The notes below the pieces were generated by a model, which was not told where the DNA came from, did no database searches, and saw only the letters and a list, made by a program, of their open reading frames with translations. A program made the translations under genes and the position numbers. From NCBI GenBank assembly GCA_963664405.1, contig OY761158.1, positions 1,248,001 to 1,312,000 of the forward strand: 64,000 nt of DNA, written 5' to 3'. Source of the DNA: Thermoanaerobaculia bacterium (GTDB lineage: Bacteria; Acidobacteriota; Thermoanaerobaculia; Multivoradales; Multivoraceae). Below are positions 57,752-64,000 of this stretch, piece after piece. How positions within the stretch are numbered: position 1 is the stretch's first letter; every line of letters starts with the position of its first letter.

Positions 57752-60356
57752 TGAGATTCAGCATGACATGAGCGAGGTCGATTAGCGACCCGCTGCGAAC
57801 CAGCTCTTTCGCGATCTCCGCTTCGGTCTCGGTGGGCGGCCGAGAGAGAGCGATCCGGTAGGCCAGATCGATGCGGCCCTCGTTGGTGGCTGGGGCCTCA
57901 CGCTCGAGGCGATCGGCAAAAAGCTGTGCCTGGCCCAAAACGAATGGATTGTTCAGCAGCGTCAGCGCCTGGGTGGGAACGGTAGAGACATTGCGCGCCG
58001 CCGCGGTGGCGTTGGGATCGGGAAGATCGAAGGTATCGAAAAAGGGAAGGCCCAGCGAGCGCCGTCGATAGACATACACGCTGCGGCGCCACACCGATGG
58101 GCCATCTTCGGTGTTGTTCCATTTGCCGTGAGCCTGTGAGGCAAGGATCTCTTCCGGCACATAGGGAAACACCGGCTGGCCGCCGACACTCAGATCAATG
58201 CCGCCGCTGGCCGACATGATCGCGTCGCGCACGATCTCCGCTTCGAGCCGGCGAGGCCGAAAGCGCCACAGATAGTAGTTCTCGGGGTCCTCCGCTCGGC
58301 CCGTCTCGTCGTCGTGAGCCGACGCCATCTGGTAGGCCCGGGAGGTCAGAATCAGGTGGTGCATCTGCTTGACGCTCCAGCCCTCGTCGATGAACCTCAG
58401 CGCCAACCAGTCGAGCAGCTCCGCGTGCGTCGGTGGGTCGCCCACGCTCCCGAAGTTGTCGAGAGAGGCCACGATGCCGCGACCGAAGTGATGATGCCAG
58501 ATGCGGTTGACCATGACGCGCGCGGTCAACGGGTTCTCGGCCGAAGCGAGCCACTGCGCCAGAGCCAAGCGTCGCCCCGAGGTGCGCCCGTCAGGCCGCG
58601 GGATCTCCGTTTCCGGATTGCCGTAGGTCGCTACCGTCACAAAGCCCGGCGCCATTCGCGAACCCGGGCTGCCGGGGTCGCCGCGGATCAGTAGGTAACT
58701 GGGCGGAACCTGGTAACGTCCCTGCCCTTCTTGGTAGAGAAAACTGCCGGGCTCATCCGGCGGCACGCGACAGGCGGGACAGGCGATCACGTCGTCGCCT
58801 TGACCATCCGGCGTGAAGCGGTAGTCGCCGTCGGTGACGATCTCGGCCATCGGCGGCTGCTCTGCACGCTGCTCGAGGAGGGCGGCAAGCTTCTCATTCA
58901 GAAGCGAGACTTGCGCCTTGTCAACCGCCGTGAGGGCGCGATCCACGAGCTCCGGAGGTACTACCACCGACTGCACCTGCGTAACCAGAAGAGCCTCGCC
59001 GGCGCTTCGCTGGTCTTCGCTCTTGAAGAACGCCAGCTGGACGTTCTCCGGGAACTTCTCACGAATCTGCACCGCCTGCAGCCGCTCTCGGTACGGAGCC
59101 TCGATCGCGGCAATCTGATCTCTAATCGCGTTTACCCGCTGTTCGAGGGCAGCTTTCTTCAGCCGGTATTCTTCAGCATCCTCGTCGGAGAGGAGCGGCA
59201 CCTCGGTCTCGACATAGCCGAAGATCGAGGCCTGCATGCGGTAGTAGTCGCGCTGCAGGATGGGGTCGAATTTGTGGTCGTGGCAGCGAGCGCAATGGAC
59301 GGTCAGACCGAGCACTCCCCTGCCGAGAGTAGCAATGACATCGTCAAGGTATTCGTGACGACGTTCGGGGTTGTCCTTCTCACGAAAGAGGACACGCGGC
59401 CCGGCACGCAGAAAGCCGGTGGCGATCCGGGTCTCGTGGCTGACGTCGTCGAGCTCGTCACCGGCGATCTGTTCCACGATGAAACGGTCGAAAGCTTTGT
59501 CGTTATTGAAGGCGTCGATGACGTAGTCGCGGTAGCGCCAGGCGTTGGGACGGTCGTAGTCCTGCTCGTAACCGCTCGAGTCGGCATAGCGAGCCACATC
59601 GAGCCAGTGCCGCCCCCAGCGTTCCCCGTAGTGGGGCGATGCGAGCAGCCTCTCTATCAAACGCTCCCAGGCGTCGGGCGTCGGGTCATCGACAAAGGCG
59701 GCGGTCTCTTCGGGTGTGGGCAGAAGACCAATCAGATCGAGGGTGACACGACGCACCAGAGTAGCTCTATCCGCCTCTGGCGCCGCGCTGAGACCGCGCT
59801 CCCGTCGCGCTCGCTCGAGAAAACGATCGATCGGATGCTCCAAGCCCGAGATCTCGGGCGGGACGCGCTCGGTGGGAAGCTGGAAGGCCCAATAGTCGCG
59901 GGCACCGGGTGGCAGATCGGAAGTTTCGAGGGCAGCCAGGGCATCGTCGGCCCCGGTGGCCCCGGCGCGATCCCAATGGGCACCGTCGTTGATCCAGTCG
60001 CGCACGTCGGCGATCTCGGCCGCGGTAAGGGGATCGCCCTCCATCGGCATGACCGGCTCGTCGAGACCCGCAACGTAGCGATAGAAGCGGCTGTCTTCCG
60101 CGCGTCCCGGTACGATCGCCGGGCCCCGCGTGCCGCCCTTGAGGGCATCTTCCCGAGTGCGTAGGTCGAGCTCCGAAGTCTGGGCGGCGGCGCCATGACA
60201 ATTCCAGCAGCTGCGCTCAAGGAGGGGCCGAATCTTGGCCGTAAAAGTGCGAGCGGGCTGGCTCTCAGACGCAGACTGCGCCCAAGCGCCGGTGGCGCAG
60301 AACATGAAGCCCGTAACCAGGGCTAACAGGACCGCTCGGTTGATCAACCTCGCCAC
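57729..60356 (-). CDS. DUF1549/DUF1553 planctomycete cytochrome c protein
   Basis: CWNCH, WLDVARYAD, CARCHDHK, NRIWHHHFGRG, PTQAL. Confidence 0.93.
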   Translation of the reverse strand: MARLINRAVLLALVTGFMFCATGAWAQSASESQPARTFTAKIRPLLERSCWNCHGAAAQTSELDLRTREDALKGGTRGPAIVPGRAEDSRFYRYVAGLDEPVMPMEGDPLTAAEIADVRDWINDGAHWDRAGATGADDALAALETSDLPPGARDYWAFQLPTERVPPEISGLEHPIDRFLERARRERGLSAAPEADRATLVRRVTLDLIGLLPTPEETAAFVDDPTPDAWERLIERLLASPHYGERWGRHWLDVARYADSSGYEQDYDRPNAWRYRDYVIDAFNNDKAFDRFIVEQIAGDELDDVSHETRIATGFLRAGPRVLFREKDNPERRHEYLDDVIATLGRGVLGLTVHCARCHDHKFDPILQRDYYRMQASIFGYVETEVPLLSDEDAEEYRLKKAALEQRVNAIRDQIAAIEAPYRERLQAVQIREKFPENVQLAFFKSEDQRSAGEALLVTQVQSVVVPPELVDRALTAVDKAQVSLLNEKLAALLEQRAEQPPMAEIVTDGDYRFTPDGQGDDVIACPACRVPPDEPGSFLYQEGQGRYQVPPSYLLIRGDPGSPGSRMAPGFVTVATYGNPETEIPRPDGRTSGRRLALAQWLASAENPLTARVMVNRIWHHHFGRGIVASLDNFGSVGDPPTHAELLDWLALRFIDEGWSVKQMHHLILTSRAYQMASAHDDETGRAEDPENYYLWRFRPRRLEAEIVRDAIMSASGGIDLSVGGQPVFPYVPEEILASQAHGKWNNTEDGPSVWRRSVYVYRRRSLGLPFFDTFDLPDPNATAAARNVSTVPTQALTLLNNPFVLGQAQLFADRLEREAPATNEGRIDLAYRIALSRPPTETEAEIAKELVRSGSLIDLAHVMLNLNEFLYLR

Positions 60357-60480
60357 GACCTCCTCTGGGGAGCCGTAGATGTCGCAACATCTAGGATAAC
60401 GCCCCAATTGTAATGTACCCGGGAATCGAGTGCAGACCTCGCCCGTGCGCGCTTGGCCTTGCGAGCGCTAAACTGAGCGC

Positions 60481-61746
60481 ATGCGGGTTCACCTTGCCTA
60501 TGGAGAGGAGGGTCTCGACCTCGAAGTGCCTGACCACACAACCGTCGTGGTGCCGAGCCATGAGAGCGCACATCCACATCCCCACGGCGCTCTTCTCGAC
60601 GCCCTGCGGCAGCCGATCGGGATTCCCTCGCTGCGCCAACTGGCGCGCCCCGGGCAGAGTGTTGCGATCTCGGTCTGCGACATCACTCGAGCCCAACCCC
60701 GGGAGGCGATGCTCGAAGCGATCTTCGAAGAGCTCGACGGCGTCATTGCCGAGGAAGACAGCACCATCCTCATCGCGACCGGAACTCACCGCACCAACAC
60801 TCCCGAGGAGCTGGGCGCCATGCTCGGCAAGGCGGCCAATCGCTGCCGCGTCGTCAACCACGTTGCTCGCGACCGAGACTCGCTGGTCGATCTGGGTCGT
60901 GTCGGAGCCGGCGTTCCGCTCTTTCTAAACCGCGAGTGGGTCGAGGCGGATCTCAAGATCACGACCGGCTTCGTCGAGCCGCACTTCTTCGCCGGCTTCA
61001 GCGGCGGACCCAAGATGGTGGCACCCGGATTGGCCGGCCTCGACACGGTCCTGGTGCTCCACGATGCCAAGCGGGTCGGTCACGCGAAATCGACCTGGGG
61101 AGTCATCGACGACAACCCACTCCATCGCGACATCCGCGCCTGTGCGGCTCACGCCGGCGCCAAGCCGGACTTCTCGCTCGACGTCCTGCTCAATCAGGAG
61201 CATCGAATCACTCGAGTCTTCGCCGGCGAGCTCTTCGCCATGCACCGAGTCGCCTGCGCAGCGGCGCTCGAAGCCGCGATGCACCAAGTGCCCGCCGCCT
61301 TCGACGTCGTACTGACGACGAACTCCGGCTATCCGCTCGACCAAAACCTCTACCAGGCGGTCAAAGGAATGTCGGCAGCCGCGAAAGTCGTCGCGCCCGG
61401 TGGAACGATCATCTGTGCCGCCGAGTGCCGCGACGGATTGCCCGAGCACGGGCGCTACGCGGAGACCCTGCGCAGCGGAGCCTCGATCCGGGATCTCCTG
61501 GACGAGATCGAGAGTCGGCCCAAAGCGATTGCCGATCAGTGGCAGGTCCAGGTACAGGCCCTGATTCAGGGCAAGGCCGACGTGCTCGTTCACGCTGGAG
61601 GGCTCGATCGGAGCCAGATCGAGGAAGCCCACTTCCAGGCCGCGCCGGATCTCGAGGCCGCGGTGAGAGAGTCTCTCGAAAAGGCCGGCCCGAACGGAAC
61701 TCTATGCGTTCTGCCCGAAGGGCCGCAGACGATCCCTTTTCTCTGA
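60481..61746 (+). CDS. larA: Nickel-dependent lactate racemase family protein
   Basis: DITR, ATGTHR, EPHFFAGFSGGPK, NLYQAVKG. Confidence 0.88.
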   Translation: MRVHLAYGEEGLDLEVPDHTTVVVPSHESAHPHPHGALLDALRQPIGIPSLRQLARPGQSVAISVCDITRAQPREAMLEAIFEELDGVIAEEDSTILIATGTHRTNTPEELGAMLGKAANRCRVVNHVARDRDSLVDLGRVGAGVPLFLNREWVEADLKITTGFVEPHFFAGFSGGPKMVAPGLAGLDTVLVLHDAKRVGHAKSTWGVIDDNPLHRDIRACAAHAGAKPDFSLDVLLNQEHRITRVFAGELFAMHRVACAAALEAAMHQVPAAFDVVLTTNSGYPLDQNLYQAVKGMSAAAKVVAPGGTIICAAECRDGLPEHGRYAETLRSGASIRDLLDEIESRPKAIADQWQVQVQALIQGKADVLVHAGGLDRSQIEEAHFQAAPDLEAAVRESLEKAGPNGTLCVLPEGPQTIPFL

Positions 61747-61774
61747 GCGCCTAGACAGCGGGCGCGCGACGACC

Positions 61775-62827
61775 CTAATTCGCCGACTCGCTCTCGAGCA
61801 GTCGCGCGCCACGGAGGATGTTGCCCATCGCGTAGTTGCCCTCGTGACAGGCATACTCGTAGAGCCGGTGGGGCGTGGCCGGCCAGGTGTACTCGCCGCT
61901 GTAAGGCGCTTCGTAGTCACCGGACTCGACCGTGAACTGGTAGAGCAGACCTGCGGCGTCTAGGCGCGTGAAGCGCTCCACCACGTGTAGATCGCTCGGA
62001 AACGAGGGATTGCCGACAACCGTAGTGGTCAGCCACGACTCCTCTGGAAAACCGGTCGTATCGACAACCAGAGTGTCGCCCTCCCACCAGCCGATCGAGT
62101 CGCCGCTCCGAGAACGGATCTCCGACGGCGCGTGCTCGACGGGGCGCCCCTCGGCGGCGAGGCGGACGATTCGGGCTTCGTGCATCCACTCGATGAGAAT
62201 CATCAAGTGGGTTTCGGTCTGCACCAGGGTCTTGAGGTTGTTGTACGACCGCGGTTGCACCGGAATCGACGATTCGGGATGAAAGATGCAACGATCGGCG
62301 ATCCCCATCACCTCGGGCCCGTCGTAAGGGCCGACCTCCCGGTCGAGCCACCAGGCGTCTCCGGTGTTCTTCTTGGAGAAGGGATAGAGGCCCTCCCTGC
62401 GCGCGCGGCCACGGTCGGTTTGAGGAGGGAGCCGTCCATCAGGCGGATCGGTAAGGAGGGAGGTCCGATACTCTCCGTCAACGAGCACCGGGGCCGTTCC
62501 GCGATCCATATAGAAGGCGTTGTAGGCACCGACATTGCCTCCCGCACGCGGCGCGCTCCGATCCGGATCGCTCGGTCGCGACTGAGACTCGACCGACGCC
62601 GCCGCGCGATCTTGGATCTGTGCAGCTTCTTCACGCGTCAAGACGAGGCTCTCACCGTGCGCGGGATCCCGCTCGAAAGGAGTGAGGGTGGAGATGTCGT
62701 AGCTCCCAGACAAGTCGGGCCTTCCACTGGCAGTTCGCGGGATGTCGTCCGCCGCAAAGCTCGCGCCTAGTGAGACAAGGATCGTCATCGACAACAGCAA
62801 GACACACCTCAGCGTTCCGATCTTCAT
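61775..62827 (-). CDS. Conserved secreted hypothetical protein
   Basis: GRPDLSG, GDSIGWWEGDTLVVDT, YEYACHEGN. Confidence 0.85.
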   Translation of the reverse strand: MKIGTLRCVLLLSMTILVSLGASFAADDIPRTASGRPDLSGSYDISTLTPFERDPAHGESLVLTREEAAQIQDRAAASVESQSRPSDPDRSAPRAGGNVGAYNAFYMDRGTAPVLVDGEYRTSLLTDPPDGRLPPQTDRGRARREGLYPFSKKNTGDAWWLDREVGPYDGPEVMGIADRCIFHPESSIPVQPRSYNNLKTLVQTETHLMILIEWMHEARIVRLAAEGRPVEHAPSEIRSRSGDSIGWWEGDTLVVDTTGFPEESWLTTTVVGNPSFPSDLHVVERFTRLDAAGLLYQFTVESGDYEAPYSGEYTWPATPHRLYEYACHEGNYAMGNILRGARLLESESAN

Positions 62828-62902
62828 CCCGACTCCTCTCCGAGCACTATCCTCAGTGAGACAAAGCTAGCACACGAACAGCCGCTGCGGGGCGAGCTGA
62901 CC

Positions 62903-63985
62903 TCAGCCCCACACTTCGCGTGCAACCCGAACGACAAGCTCCAGCTTTGCGACCTGGTCCTCGAAGGTGATTGGATTGCCGGAGACAGCGCTGGCGAAGC
63001 CACACTGTGGACTGATCGCGAGGCGGTCGAGGGGCATCTGCCTGCTTGCCTCTTCGAGGCGGCGCTCGAGGGTGTCGGCCTCTTCGAGCTGCGGTGTCTT
63101 GGAGCTTACGAGTCCCAGTACAACCGACTTGCCGGATGGCACTGAGGCGAGAGGCGCGAAGTCACCGGCGCGCGGCGAATCGTATTCGAGGAAGAAGGCG
63201 TCGACGTCGATCTCATTGAAGAGCTGGTGCGCGACAGAGGCGTAGCCTCCCTCCGTGAGCCACTTACCCTTGAAGTTACCCCGGCACAGATGCATCGCGA
63301 CGGTGAGGGAATCGGGGCGATCCCGCAAAGAGGAATTGATCAAGTCGAGGTACTGCCCCACCACGGCGCCCGGATCATCGCCGTCTGCCCGCATCCGTTC
63401 GCGCACGGTTTCGTCGCACAGCATCGCGAGAGGAACCTCGTCGAGCTGAATGTAGGTGGCACCGGCCGTAGCCAGGTCGCGTATTTCCTGGCGATAGACC
63501 TCCGCCAGATCGGCGAAGAAAGCGTCATCGCCGCTATAGCCCGCCGCTTTCACCGCGGCTCGATCAGCCCAGAAGTGCATCGTCGGCGGGGATGGCAAGG
63601 TGATCTTCACCGTCCTCGTGGTCTCGTTGCGCAGGAAATCCAGCTCATCCCCAGAAAGCCTGCGCGATCGCCTCAGCTTTCCCGTGACCTTGGGTGCGAT
63701 GAAGGGAATGCCTTTCCCCGAATGATCATGGAAGTCGAAGCGCGCCGGCTCGATACCAAGCCCTTCGATTCCCTCGACGAAATGAGACCAATACGAGGCA
63801 CGCCGGAATTCTCCGTCGGTCACGGCCTCCAAGCCCACACGCTCCTGCATTCGGACCGCGTCGCGGATGCTCTGGTCCTGGATCGACCGGAACACCTCTT
63901 GCGTGATGGAGCCCGAACCCAGGTTGAGAGTGAGCACGATAATCGATGGCGGTCCGATCACGATAAGTGATGGTCGCGTAGCCAT
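62903..63985 (-). CDS. Cobalamin-independent methionine synthase II family protein, N-terminus atypical or missing
   Basis: TDGEFRR, HLCRGN, FLEYD, SPQCGFAS. Confidence 0.85.
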   Translation of the reverse strand: MATRPSLIVIGPPSIIVLTLNLGSGSITQEVFRSIQDQSIRDAVRMQERVGLEAVTDGEFRRASYWSHFVEGIEGLGIEPARFDFHDHSGKGIPFIAPKVTGKLRRSRRLSGDELDFLRNETTRTVKITLPSPPTMHFWADRAAVKAAGYSGDDAFFADLAEVYRQEIRDLATAGATYIQLDEVPLAMLCDETVRERMRADGDDPGAVVGQYLDLINSSLRDRPDSLTVAMHLCRGNFKGKWLTEGGYASVAHQLFNEIDVDAFFLEYDSPRAGDFAPLASVPSGKSVVLGLVSSKTPQLEEADTLERRLEEASRQMPLDRLAISPQCGFASAVSGNPITFEDQVAKLELVVRVAREVWG

Positions 63986-64000
63986 TTGAAGGACTTAGCC

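Noticed and set aside
54777-61746. DUF1553-DUF1501-sulfatase-larA as a novel system
   Set aside because: The DUF1553/DUF1501 pairing with sulfatases is common in Planctomycetota and Acidobacteriota; nothing unusual seen

Overview
GC-rich bacterial DNA, most likely from Acidobacteriota. This is an inference from the DUF1501/DUF1553 genes, many sulfatases, a TonB receptor and Thermoanaerobaculia-style C-terminal repeats. Four things stand out. (1) A 42,752-bp tyrosine-integrase island, with core CAGGAGA at 3966-3972 and 46718-46724, sits inside a pectinacetylesterase/Notum-like gene whose two halves rejoin in frame on excision. The element carries a tRNA-Glu 3' fragment, and the site it hit mimics an anticodon arm. 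(2) The island backbone resembles a phage satellite: integrase, xis/AlpA, primase, a DUF3987 helicase bracketed by a perfect 36-bp inverted repeat, a putative cos, terS and a truncated terL. It also holds a second cos-terS module fused to host-like DNA at the putative cos, a TonB/periplasmic catabolic cluster, a broken type I R-M system and nested IS elements. (3) Two diverged copies of a lipoprotein rhodanese have an in-frame TGA at the catalytic Cys position plus a SECIS-like hairpin, so they are probable selenoproteins that the ORF track truncates. (4) The right part is ordinary chromosome: esterase, sulfatases, DUF1501/DUF1553, larA and a Met-synthase-II-like gene. Family calls come from motif recognition only; no searches were run.
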